A stretch of 64,000 nucleotides of DNA from Octopus vulgaris (lineage: Eukaryota): positions 992,001-1,056,000 of the forward strand of contig OX597815.1 of assembly GCA_951406725.2 (NCBI GenBank), read 5' to 3'. The notes beneath the pieces were generated by a model. That model was not told the origin of the DNA. It ran no database searches and saw nothing but the letters and a program-made list of their open reading frames with translations. Of the stretch, positions 1-11,882 are shown piece after piece (within the stretch, counting starts at the first letter, position 1; each line of letters begins with the position of its first letter). The position numbers and the translations under genes are program-made.

Positions 1-63
1 TGTGCCTCGGAGAGTAACTTTCTAGGTGCAATCCCATGGTCATTCATGACCGAAGGGGGTCTC

Positions 64-95
<32 letters not shown>

Positions 96-163
96 ATGTG
101 TTACTAGTTATACAACATTCTAGATATCACACATACATACAATTTACTTTGATATGTGCGTGC

Positions 164-214
<51 letters not shown>

Positions 215-662
215 CATACACAAACACACACACGTACACACAACTGATATTACATCTGCCTCCGTTCCATGACAGCATTTTGTGTAGGATGCTCATATTT
301 GGTGCCAATTTTGGAACATTTGTGGTTTTAAAACTGTGTAACTTTCCGTGCATGTCAGCCAGTTATAAATTACAGTCGGTGGAGCAATTAACTGTGAGAA
401 AGAGATCATGATTATTGGGTGGTATTACAACAATGACATCCTGTGGGAAAGTGACAGAAATTATCACAGATATTACTCTCCATAATTGCAAGTGATTTGT
501 TTAAACAGGTCAAACATGACTGACGGCGCTAAGACATGTAATGGTTGTTGTTTTTGTAGTTTGAATATTTTGTTGAATCAATAATTCTGTGTTTGTTGAT
601 TGAGATGAATAAAACCTCTATCTTGCCCAGGATATTAATTGTCTGGAAGCCGTTGAGCGATG

Positions 663-1158
663 TGCAACCAAGAGAATACACTCCATCTGAATGCCTTACT
701 TCCCTGGGCATGGACACATTGAAACTCCAACGTCTGGCAGCTGACTTGGCAGACACCCATAAAATTATTAACCATCTTACCAACAATAACTCTGAGCACC
801 TTTTCAAATTCCACCCTTCTAACACCCGTGGACATATTTACAAAGTCAGAAAACAGCACAGCTCCCATGACTTTCGGAAACATTTTTTCACGGTAAGAGT
901 TGCTGAAGCATGGAACAAACTGCCAGCATCAGTTGTTAGTTGTCGGAGCACTGCATCCTTCAAAACTTCCATGCTTCCTGAGATTCGCCAACACTACACC
1001 TGGTTTTCTCCCCTCCATACACACACAAGCATGTATCTGACTCATACATTGTTCACTTCCCAGACATTTGTACATTACTGCATATGCTTTATATGCACTT
1101 TCTGACAAGTTGTGGTGCACCTGAGCACTGTATACAATAATTTTATTATTATTATTAT
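663..1158 (+). mobile_element. CR1-type LINE 3' end (ORF2 C-terminus, 3' UTR, (TTA)n tail)
   Basis: Translation DL..THKII...TRGH.YKV...RKHFFT.RV..AWN.LP is typical of the CR1-group ORF2 end; near-identical copies at 14461 and 39738. Confidence 0.85.
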
Positions 1159-1203
1159 AAAATTCTAAAATTGAGAAAATTGGCACAGGACTGCCAGACT
1201 TAC

Positions 1204-1492
1204 CCATGTCATTCAGCCAGTATGCAACTCTGGTGTACATTCGATCGAGTGTGAAGATGGAAACAGCATGGCAAACTTTAGGCAAAACTTTAGCAATGAA
1301 AGCATATTCACCGGTGTTGACTAATTTCGTGATGAGTTCCTCAATGTAAAAGTTGGCCAGCATCACAGCAAATACAATGCAAAGACTTAAGATGACAACA
1401 GGAAGGGTTACAAAGTAGCGGAACAAATTCCTTTTCCATATTGGATAGAATGGTTCCAGCCTTCCAGTGACACTACTTACTTCAAGTTCTCC
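1204..1492 (-). CDS. ANO8: Anoctamin-8-like exon, TM3-TM4 (GELEVSSVTGRLEPFYPIWKRNLFRYFVTLPVV...YTRVAYWLNDM); gene continues left of the window
   Basis: Acceptor tttgcAG at 1494-1493, donor G|GTAAGT at 1203; 289 nt, phase 0 to 1. S.VTG..EP.YP.WKR and A.WLNDM motifs. Confidence 0.94.
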
Positions 1493-3205
1493 CTGCAAAG
1501 AGAAACCGGTCAAGAGAAATTTAAAGAACAAAATTAAGTGGAGGGAGCCTCTCACATTGAAGGGGAAATAAGGAGGAAAAAAGGAATATTAATCCTCATT
1601 TAAAAGCAAAAGTTGTGTTAGAACACAAAATACTGCATTATTTAACTCGAGAGAACCTTTCATATGGACTTGTGATGCATATAAGCACTCTTGTTTATAT
1701 CACTAGCAAGAGATAATCATCTCCTGATACTGCGAGACTTCCAGATCATGTGATTTCAGCCTTCCTTGGCCTTGTTAATAGAAACCTGGCACAGCCTCCT
1801 GGCTTCCCAGACCCCAGTCAAATCGTCCAACCCATGCCACCTTGGAATGCAGACGTTAAACGATGAGGATAATGATGAATATTTTGAGTGAAAACTCTCT
1901 CTCATCAAACTGAAATGAATATTTATACTAGAGTGGAAGACATTCAAAACCATCATCACAACAGTTGTGCAATATCAGACAAAGTTTATTGTTGTCTGGC
2001 TTCCCTTGACACACGTTTGCCAGCCACAAGTTGAAGCAAAATCTTTCCCAAATAACTTCCTTTAGCTACAGTTGCATAAAAACTCCATTTCTGTTCTTGG
2101 ATTAATTTTTTAATCTTCCTTCTCGATGTAAGCAATGCCATTCATTTCTAATATTCTCTGAGAACATTTCTGGCCATGGAAAAATATCAACCTTAAATGG
2201 AAACAAGTGAATGTTGGTGACAGGAAGGGTATCCAGCTGTAGAAATTATGCTTCAACAAATTCCGTCTAAACCATGGAAGCATGGAAAGGTGGACATCAA
2301 GATGATGAAGATAATGTTTTATATATATATATATCTTTTACTTGTTTCAGTCACTGGACTGCGGCCATACTGGGGCATCATCTTGAAGAATTTTAGTTGA
2401 ACAAATCAACCCCAGTAATTATCATTTTTTGTAAAGCCTGGTACTTATTCTATTGGTCTCCTTTGCTGAGCTGCTAAGTTACTGGTAAATAAACACACTG
2501 ACACCAGTAGTCAAGCAGTTACGGAAGTGACACACACACACACATGCATATACATGATGGGCTTCTTTCAGTTTCCATCTACCAAATCCATTCACAAAAC
2601 CTTGGTGAGTCTGAGGCTATAGTAGAAGACACTTAACCAAGGTGCCATGCAGTGGTACAGTCACTTTAAATTATTGTAAATTTCTAAAAGGGGACGTTTC
2701 GCATTGTGTATTTCACAGATGAAACATTGGCCCCGTTGGAGTCATTTCAATACCTAATCATTATATTTTGTGGTAGGGATTCTGAATGAAAGGGGAAGAT
2801 GCAAGGTGACCACCAAAAATGGCTGTGCAAAAGTCTTTGGCCATCTCTCATAAACCAATCAAGATTTCAAGGAGAAAAATGTTGGCATATAGTAGAAATA
2901 AAGTGGTCAAAGACTTCTGCACTGTACTATACATAAGTATATATATATATATATATACACACACACTCATTAATTGGCCACAGATGTGCTCTACAGAGTA
3001 TTTTTTTCACCAAAAGTGCTCAACAAATATATATAAAATAATGAATTATTTGGGGCTATAACAAGTCTCTGGTAAGGGGAGATAACCACCGATATGTCAT
3101 ATAAAGAAAATACACACACACACACACATGTAGTAAAGAGATAATGCACTGTGCATGTATAAAATAAGAATTTAACAAATTTGAAATTAGTATGAAATTT
3201 CTCAC

Positions 3206-3367
3206 CTTATAAAAGGGCCGGGGATCTATGACAACCTCATCATTTTTGTCTAGAGTCCCCCACTTGTAAGCCAGCTCAGCTGATCTTCGCTTCCAGTGTT
3301 CCAAGTAAAGAGTGGCCCACAACACATTAAACAGCGCAAAACCCACAAAGCACCAATCATCAAATAT
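3206..3367 (-). CDS. ANO8: Anoctamin-8-like exon containing TM2 (IFDDWCFVGFALFNVLWATLYLEHWKRRSAELAYKWGTLD...DPRPFYK)
   Basis: Acceptor cttcAG at 3369-3368, donor AAG|GTGAGA at 3205; 162 nt, phase 0 to 0. W...LE.WKR...LAY.WGTLD and PRP are anoctamin motifs. Confidence 0.95.
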
Positions 3368-3458
3368 CTGAAGCAAGAAGAATACAAAATAAAAAGATGA
3401 AATCATGACACAGATGCCGAGACCCACCACCAAAACCAGAGTTACAACATAAGACATT

Positions 3459-3653
3459 AAGACTCACTAGAAAAATCATGGTTATGACATCGATACTAAG
3501 ACTCACTAGAAAAATCATGGTTATGACATCGATACTAAGACTCACTAGAAAAATCATGGTTATGACATCGATACTAAGACTCACTAGAAAAATCATGGTT
3601 ATGACATCGATACTAAGACTCACTAGAAAAATCATGGTTATGACATCGATACT
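3459..3653. repeat. Minisatellite: five identical 39-bp units plus degenerate flanking units
   Basis: Unit AAGACTCACTAGAAAAATCATGGTTATGACATCGATACT. Confidence 0.97.
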
Positions 3654-3916
3654 AAGACTTACCATCAAAATCAGAGTTATGCAAGTTAGCAAGGCTTGGA
3701 GGAGAGGAAGTGGCATTTTCACAGCTAGATGCACTTCCTGTCACTAGCCCTTACCTGTTTTCCAAGAAAGGGACATTTGTAATTCCAAAGGAATTTGAAA
3801 GTGTAGAGCTAATTGGATGATTCGTTGAAGGTCAATAAATGTCACCAGTTGTGACTCAACCACAAATAGTAAGGTCACCATTCATAGCTGTAGCTCAGCA
3901 TGGTTTTGTGTTTGTT

Positions 3917-3967
<51 letters not shown>

Positions 3968-4086
3968 TTATATATATATATATATATATATTGGCCTGCA
4001 TGCTTAGCCAGTGGGGTGGCGTCATTTGAAGGCTAAAACAATGCGAAGCACATTGTGACCAGCGATGTGTAGCCTGGTCGATCACG

Positions 4087-4131
<45 letters not shown>

Positions 4132-4222
4132 GAAGAGTTCACAAAAAAAAAACAAAAGACGAAGACAGGTGGTGTACAAAACAAACAGATGTATTAGTAT
4201 AACGCTCAGGAATTGAAAAAGT

Positions 4223-4258
4223 CTTTTACATTTTGAGCCTATGCTCTTCTACAGAAAG
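4223..4258 (-). ncRNA. Minimal hammerhead-like motif (decayed, variant core)
   Basis: CTTT-CTGTAGA-A-GAGC-ATAG-GCTC-AAAA-TG-TA-AAAG. Confidence 0.4.
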
Positions 4259-4311
4259 GGACACAGAAAAAAGCGAGGAGAGAAAAAAATGCGTGTAGGA
4301 GCTAACGATCT

Positions 4312-4352
<41 letters not shown>

Positions 4353-4556
4353 TTGCCTAAGGAGTGGCCAATTCCAACAGCACAAAATTCAACATGAACA
4401 CAACTTGACTAAATATTGCACGACAGAGTAGAAATATCCCAGAACACAGCACAAATTACTAGGCCTTTCCAGCCAAAATGTTAATCAACCAGTGCAAGCT
4501 ACCAGAGACCCAAAATTAAACCATCACCATTTATGGCAAACCTAGAAGACACTTAC

Positions 4557-4598
4557 CATTGGTCTGTCAGTGTTTTGAAGATGTAAATTTCTAGACTC
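4557..4598 (-). CDS. Candidate 42-nt cassette exon (ESRNLHLQNTDRPM) between the TM1 and TM2 exons
   Basis: tttcattcctaatctacAG acceptor, ATG|GTAAGT donor, phase 0 to 0, stop-free. Confidence 0.4.
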
Positions 4599-4709
4599 CT
4601 GTAGATTAGGAATGAAACATTTCACCATTTATAAAGAGATTTTAATTACAATTAATTTTTAAAAAAAAAGACTTGGTTGCCTTATCAGAAATAGATTTTC
4701 ACTATTGGT

Positions 4710-4744
<35 letters not shown>

Positions 4745-5181
4745 CTAAAATACAAATTATGAGGTGTCATTAGTACTATTCTCTGCTGATGTCTGTGTTG
4801 ATGAAACAGCCGATGTAAATCTTGGAAATCAGGACACTAACTGGCATCCGTGGGACTCTTGTCTGTTGATAAACTGGTTGTAAACTTCAAATTAGAACAC
4901 CTTTGGTGGTGGTGGTGGGAGTCAAAGGGGTCTAGGGGTCAGTTTGTCATTGAGAACACAACAGTAGTTGGGCCCTTCTTTTATAATTCTCCTTTTCATC
5001 ATCATCATCAGCAGCAGCAGCAAGAATAACAGCAGCAAAGAACTAACAAAAGAGACCCTCATAAAATTGTTCAATTTGCTAGAAATGACAGCTAAACCTC
5101 CCACAACTCACCACAGAGGACACACTGAACAATGTAGTTCTGAGTTGCATGTAGACGGGAAAATGATGGCATGGGTTAGAC

Positions 5182-5284
5182 CAGTGGTTCCCAACCTTTT
5201 CACTATTGAGGACCCCTTTTTATTGAAATGAGTTTTCCCATGGACCCCAGGAAAGGTCTGTCAGCCCCAGGCTGGGAACCACTG
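5182..5284. mobile_element. hAT/Charlie-type MITE
   Basis: TIRs CAGTGGTTCCCAACC / GGCTGGGAACCACTG. Confidence 0.7.
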
Positions 5285-5995
5285 GGTTGTCATGGTTTCT
5301 ATGACTGGATGCCTTTCCTAACATTGACCACTTTACAGAGTGAACTGGGGGCTTTTCACTTGGCACCAGCAGTGGTGGGGTCACCAATCAACTTGCAAGG
5401 TAAGACCCCTTAAGTGAAGGAGAGGGGAACAGTATTGCAGGAGATGGCTAAATGTTGAGAGATTAAAGTTTGATGAAAGGATAGAAACAAGAGTCTTGCT
5501 GAAGAGTTGATGTATGGTTATATCTTCTATCTTTTACTTGTTTCAGTCATTTGACTGTGGCCATGCTGGGGCACCAACTTGAAGAGTTTTTAAGCCAAGC
5601 GAATTGACCCCAGCGCTTACTTTTATCTATATTTTTAAAGCCTGGTGCTTATCCTATTCGTTACGTTTGCCAAACTGCTAATTAACAAGGACATAAACAC
5701 ACCAACACTGGTTGTCAAGCAGTGATGGAGGACAAACACACACACACACACACACATATGTATATACATATACAAGGGCTATTAAAGGCAAGTTTCCAGA
5801 TTTGGTTACTAGGGATGTATGATCCTAGTGGGGCCCTGTATTTACATTTACTGGTTAAAAATGCTGGCCAACCTCAGTGAGTGTAAATAAACCCCAGTTA
5901 GTCTATTTTGCTATCCTCGGTAGATCTTCACATTGGCAAATTCATGTCTCTATAGAGACGGCATGTTGTCAGTAGATAAGAAGTCATTAATTAAT

Positions 5996-6459
5996 TAATT
6001 AAGGAGAACAGAAATTTATATCTCCAGGTTTTTATGCAGTTATTTACATCTTTTCATTTCGTACCTACATATGTTTCTGCAGCAAGTCTGCGCACACTGC
6101 AAACTTTGCATCTGGTGCACATTTTGTTGTTAATCACTGCTGCTGCAATTATCTGCATTTTCGGATTTCATCTGATTTAAATTTGAGTCCAACCGAAACT
6201 AATTCACAAACATCATCATCGTGGTATTAGCATTCGATAAATAGTCTAAATCCTGACCTTTCCAACTCTAATTCAGATGAAATCCGAAAATGCAGATAAT
6301 TGTGCTCTGAAGCAGCAGCAATAGTGATTAACAACAAAATGTGCACCAGATGCAAAGTTTGCAGTGTGCGCAGACTTGCTGCAGAAACATGGAGGTACAA
6401 AATGAAAAGATGTAAATAACTGCATTAAAACCTGGAGATATAAATTTTGGTTCTTAATT
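5996..6459. repeat. Long inverted repeat (about 180-bp arms, about 90-bp spacer)
   Basis: 6005-6180 is the reverse complement of 6271-6454 with few differences. Confidence 0.95.
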
Positions 6460-7325
6460 GATATATATTTGGCCGAAGCTAGTGTCATGTAACGAACACC
6501 GATGCCTGTGGAGCATAAAAAGCACCTTTCGACCGTTGGGCCTCACAAAGGCAATGTGACTGATGCTGGTGACATGTAAAAGCACTCATTACATTCTGTG
6601 GAGTGGTTGGCATTAGGAAGGGCATCCAGCTGTAGAAACCATGCTAAATCGGACTGGGGTTTGGTGCAGCCCCTCAGCTTGCCAGCCCTGGTCAAGCCAT
6701 CCAACTCGTGCCAGCATGGACGATGGACGCTAAATAATGATGATGATGATGATTGTGATCATCATTTAATGTCCGCTCCCCATGTTGGAATGAGTTGGAT
6801 GGTTTGACTGGAGTGGATGAGCCAGAGAGCTGCACCAAGTTCCAGTTTGATTTGGCATGGTTTCTACAGCCGGATGCCCTTCCTAACGCTGACCGCTCCA
6901 GGAGTGAAATCCACTTGTAAGGCTATAGTACAAGATGCCCAAGGTGCTATGCAGTGGGACGGAATGCAGAACCATGCAGTAAGGAAGCAAGCTCCTTACC
7001 CCACAGCCACACCTGATCAACCAATCGACCATCTTTGAGCACTCTTTTCTCACTAAACTACCTGAATTCTAATTCTATGAGAAAAACAAAAAACTTCCAA
7101 ATTTAAAGTAAATACATCCAAATTAAATTCTTTCTTCATAATTTTTGGTTTAGAACCTTGTGTTACGTTCCAAACATCAACTTCGTCAAGAAAGTACAAG
7201 TCATTTTAGTAAAACCAATCAAATTCTTGAATATTTTCAAAATCAATTACATGGAGATTATATTTCATTTGGAATAGGGTCTCAAAACAGTGAACAGAAT
7301 ATTTCACTTAAAATTTGGTGCCAAC

Positions 7326-7453
7326 CTGTTCATATCCTTCCATAGTCCACACCAGAAGTCCTATAAGAGCAGGAATACACAGAGCTGTTGTGTAATGTCC
7401 CAAGTAAGCAAAATACATCGCAATCTTCACTCCAAAGTATTCACAAATTTGAT
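7326..7453 (-). CDS. ANO8: Anoctamin-8-like exon containing TM1 (QICEYFGVKIAMYFAYLGHYTTALCIPALIGLLVWTMEGYEQ); not in the ORF track
   Basis: Hand-translated. Acceptor tttctttccAG at 7455-7454, donor CAG|GTTGGC at 7325; 128 nt, phase 1 to 0. YFGVKIAMYFA.LG.YT is the ANO8-type form of the anoctamin motif. Confidence 0.95.
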
Positions 7454-8097
7454 CTGGAAAGAAAAGAAATGGTTGAAAGATTAAGGGTATTTTATACTAC
7501 TATTATTAGTATTATTATCATCATTTTAATGTCCCCTTTTTCATGCTTGTATGAACTGAACAGAATTTGGTGAGGCAGATTTCCTGCATTCAGAAACCCT
7601 TTCTGTTGCCAATTCTTACCTGTTTCCAGGTAAAGTGATCTTTCCCCCAATGGACAGACATGTGTTTTCACAGAAGATTGGAAATTATTAACACTGCCTG
7701 TATAACAGTGATGCTTGTTTACAACATTCACATGATGTCAAGACAAGGTCACACACAGACACACACAGGCTTTTTTGAGAGACTATTTTATAGCTGTTTT
7801 TCTTTCCTGTCACCAATCCACATAGTTGCTTCACCCAACAAACAGGAATACAGGTTTGTCAATCTGTTGTAGGGATTGCTTCAACACAGAACTTGGACAA
7901 GGTATACTTTGGGTACTATAGAGTGAATTTAAATCTAGAGTAACAGAAAAGTGTGTGGGTTATTGAGTGAAACTCAACTGAGTATGGGTTTCCACTTCAC
8001 GGTATATTGTCCATTTGTGACAGATGTCTTCATGTGTAGGGAGGCAGATGGCAGCCGGGCCTTTCATAACATCAAACCACTGAGAGTCATTGGTTTC

Positions 8098-8330
8098 TTA
8101 TTTCTTTATTGCCCACAGGGGGCTAAACACAGAGGGGACAAACAAGGAAAGACGAAGGGATTAAGTCGATTACATCAACCTCAGTGCATAACTGGTACTT
8201 AATTTATCGACCCCAAAAGGATGAAAGGCAAAGTTGACCTCAGCGGAATTTGAACTCAGAATCTAATGACAGACGAAATATCGCTAAGCATTTCGCCCGG
8301 CGTGCTAACGATTCTGCCAGCTTGCCACCT
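8098..8330 (-). mobile_element. tRNA-derived SINE family B copy
   Basis: Reverse complement of 50295-50526. Confidence 0.8.
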
Positions 8331-8502
8331 TTACTGGTTTCTGTCTATTGAGGGGTTTGAACTCCCAACTTTTGGCTGACTAATTTCCTCAAAATCCATG
8401 GTACCTATTAACAAATATGGGAATTAAGCTAGTGAGAGTTAAGCCCTAAGCCAACTAATGCCTTGTAAGTGGTTTTGGAAGACAAAAACTAAGTAATTGC
8501 AC

Positions 8503-8547
<45 letters not shown>

Positions 8548-9033
8548 CTTGACATCATCTGATAGTTATGAACAAGCATCACAGTCATTTAAGCAAAGCT
8601 GTTGTTTCCTTCCATGAAAAACATATCTGGCCATGGGGAAATATCATTTTGATTGGAAACAGGTGGGGGTTGGTGACAGGGAAGGCATCCAGCTGTACAA
8701 AATTTGCTTCAACAAAATCTGGCTGACCCATGACTACAATATGAGCCAGTGAAGAGACCTCTGTGACCTGCTAGAAACAACAGCCAAGTCTGCCTCAAAT
8801 GATAAGGACAAATTGAATAATAACAATCCCTAATATACAAAAAGACAGAATGGTCAAGGCTGGGTCACCTTTGACCACAGGTCAGCTGGATCAGGGCTGA
8901 GACACAACAAGAACAACAATTAGTACAAAACTAAATTGATACAAAGATGTGAGTCTAGATATATAAATGTGATGAGTGTTTACTCTGAGTTTGGGTCTAA
9001 CAAAGCGTAGAGAAGAATAAGAGAAGAACTTAC

Positions 9034-9150
9034 TCAGAGGCTGCGTCGTACAAAATGCATTCACCCAGCCATTTCGCAGTCGGATCAGGTCATCATTGTT
9101 GTGTAATGGGAAGACGTTAGAGATGACATTGTTTGTTACCAAAGTTGGAA
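9034..9150 (-). CDS. ANO8: Anoctamin-8-like exon (PTLVTNNVISNVFPLHNNDDLIRLRNGWVNAFCTTQPL)
   Basis: Acceptor tttcAG at 9152-9151, donor A|GTAAGT at 9033; 117 nt, phase 1 to 1. Anoctamin FPLH...W...QPL signature. Confidence 0.94.
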
Positions 9151-9256
9151 CTGAAAAATACAAACAACAACAAAATAAACAGGAGCACCAATTTGTAAAA
9201 GTATATTTAATAAACACAGGCAGGCAGGCAGGCATGCATACATACATACATATTTT

Positions 9257-9546
9257 TTGTTGTATTTAGGAATGGTCATTTTGCCAGTTTAGCCAATAAA
9301 AACACACACAACTATATATTTGATGTTACTTTGCTTCAGTGTTATTTATTTTTTACATTAATCTTAATCTTATTTTGGCCAGAGTTCTTATTTGTGTCTC
9401 TCCTTACTAACTGTCAGAACTCTGGCCGAAATAAGATTAAGATTAATGTAAAAAATAAATAACACTGAAGCAAAGTAACACCAAATATATTGTGCGTGTG
9501 TTTTTATTGGGTAAACTGGCAAAATGACCATTCCGAAATATAACAA
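9257..9546. repeat. Long inverted repeat (about 130-bp arms, 27-nt loop)
   Basis: 9257-9388 vs 9416-9546. Confidence 0.95.
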
Positions 9547-9980
9547 TATCTGTTTGAACATACAACTTCACATAAAAAATCTTGCACAACAAATATATAA
9601 ACGTAATATATATATATATATATATATATAAATCACAAAGTGAGATAGGGGTTGTGAGTGTAACCCACTATGGGATATCATTTATCCAATATACTGCCAG
9701 TAAAGTACCCAGAAGTATAATACATAAATGCTAAGAATTGCAATGCAATTAATTCATTTATTGTATTATATGGGCGAAGGTAAAATGTTTTACCTCAAAT
9801 TCATAATACAAAATAAGAAAATGGAGGAATAGATTTCTTTCAATCATCAACTTCCAGATAATACCAATTCATATAATTTATTAACTAATTATTTAGGAAC
9901 ATCCAGATCAAACAGAATAAAACAGTACACATCAATGAGTAAGATAATACCATAAGAACAATACATATAAATATAAAATG

Positions 9981-10109
9981 GATCTTACAGCTGTTTCAGC
10001 CATGTAGATAAGAGTATCTCATTATGCTCATATTAGTCAGGTGTATTAAGGTAATATGCGGTTATAAATGAGTTACTTATATATATATCTCAAGGCCTCA
10101 TCACAGTTC
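9981..10109 (-). ncRNA. Hammerhead-like motif with about 90-nt insertion in stem II (decayed)
   Basis: GAACT-GTGATGA-GGCC..(long loop)..GGCT-GAAA-CAGCTG-TA-AGATC. Confidence 0.45.
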
Positions 10110-10184
10110 AATGCTCTAACCACTGAGCCATGCGCCTTCACACATATATATATATGCATATATATATGCTCTCTCTATCCTTAC

Positions 10185-10435
10185 CTGTACATTGGTCAAA
10201 TGGGATGCTGCTTGGTTGACCAGTTTGCTGAGCACCTCCAAGACATACTCAGCAATGACATTCCGGTCTCACACCACTTCCACTTCACTGGTCATTTGCT
10301 ACAACATCTGACTGTGTTCAGACTGTCTCTGCGGAGGGGCCACCCAGACTCTCGCCTTCACCATGAATAGGAATTAATCTTTTCTCTTCATTCCTTTGCC
10401 CCTTATGGTCTCAACTCACCACCACTCTTCATCTA
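10185..10435 (+). mobile_element. Penelope-like (Neptune-type) GIY-YIG endonuclease remnant
   Basis: LYIGQ.G..L.DQFAEHL.DI...PVSHHF...GH...LTV...E*ELIF.L...P.GLN. Confidence 0.75.
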
Positions 10436-11384
10436 ACATCAACCCCACAGATTCCCACATACAACTGCCCCTCCCTTCCACCTATACACCTGCACACCGC
10501 CTACCTTGGTACCCTCACTATACACACACCACTATACAAACACCTATACACACTGTTCAACTCATTACTCAATTCACACACCATTCACACACTCACAAAC
10601 ACCTTCCCATCCCATACATACTAGCACCCACACCACACACCATTATCCACACACACAGGTCACAATACAAGCACCCCTACATACTGTTCAACTCAGTACA
10701 CGCACCACACACCAGATTATTATTATTTTTGGAAGTATGCTGTGCGTGAGAAGACCCGGCAAGACAAGTGAGACCATAACCTGTGGCCTCTACCTGGGAT
10801 GTAGCCAGTCCACCTATGCCAGTCCACTTATGCATACCTTTCCTTCTTGGGACACAAAACTCTTCATGTGAAGACCTGTTGAAGCAAGTGAAAATCAAAA
10901 TCTATCAACATCAATGGAAATTGTAGCTGTGATACCAGTGCCGGTGGCACATAAGAAAACCATCCGAACGTGGCCGTTGCCAGCGCAGCCCCGACTGGCC
11001 TCTGTGCCAGTGGCACGTAAAAAGCACCATCCGATCGTGGCCGTTTGCCTGGCACCTGTGCCAGTGGCACATAAAAAGCACCCACTACACTCATGGAGTG
11101 GTTGGCGTTAGGAAGGGCATCCAGCCGTAGAAACATTGCCAGATCAGACTGGGCCTGGTGCAGCCTTCTGGCTTCCCAGACCCCAGTTGAACCGTCCAAC
11201 CCATGCCAGCATGGAGAACGGACACTAAACGATGATGATGATCATCATCATTATCATTATTATTATTATTATTATTCAGGTCACTGTCCAGAATTGAACT
11301 CGGAATCTTGGTGTTAGCAGCCTGTGCTCTTAACCTCTTCGCCATATGCCCGTGGTCTCTGTATTCATTATAATCGTCTTGTGC

Positions 11385-11882
11385 TGGTATGGTCATGTGA
11401 TGCATAAAGAAGTGCCAATCTCTAACTGTGGAGGGAACCTGCGGAAGAGACAGACCCAGAAAGACATGTGACAAAGTGGTGAAACATGATCTTTGAATGT
11501 GGGGTCTCAAAGAGGCGACGGCAAGTGATGGTGACCTTTGGCGATTTGCTGTGCTTGAGAAGACATGCCAAGTGAAATCATGGTTGTGGCTGGTGCTGGT
11601 GACATGTAAAATGCACCCATTTTGGTGACACATAAAAGGGGCCTGTGCTGGTGGCACATAACAGGCACCTGTGCCAGTGACATGTAAAATGCACCCATGC
11701 CAGTGACACATAAAAAGCACCTACTACACTCTCGGAATGATTGGTGTTAGGAAGGGCATCCAACTGCAGAAACCTTACCAAATTCAGAGTAGAATCTGGT
11801 TTAGCAGTTTCAGTGAAACCATTTCAAAACCCATGCCAGCATGGAAAGTGGACATTAAATGATGATGATGATGATGATGATA
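11385..11882 (+). mobile_element. RTE/RTEX-like LINE 3' end (same family as 61180)
   Basis: ORF end KKCQSLTVEGTCGRDRPRKT.DKVVKHDL and the same UTR and tail. Confidence 0.7.

Noticed and set aside
929-1555. 208-aa ORF as a stand-alone gene
   Set aside because: Only 1204-1492 is exon; the rest is intron and antisense LINE read-through.
3459-3653. CRISPR-like array, or 13-aa repeat proteins (ORFs 3360-3734 and 3478-3747)
   Set aside because: Units are identical and contiguous with no spacers; the ORFs stay open only because the 39-bp unit lacks stops in those frames.
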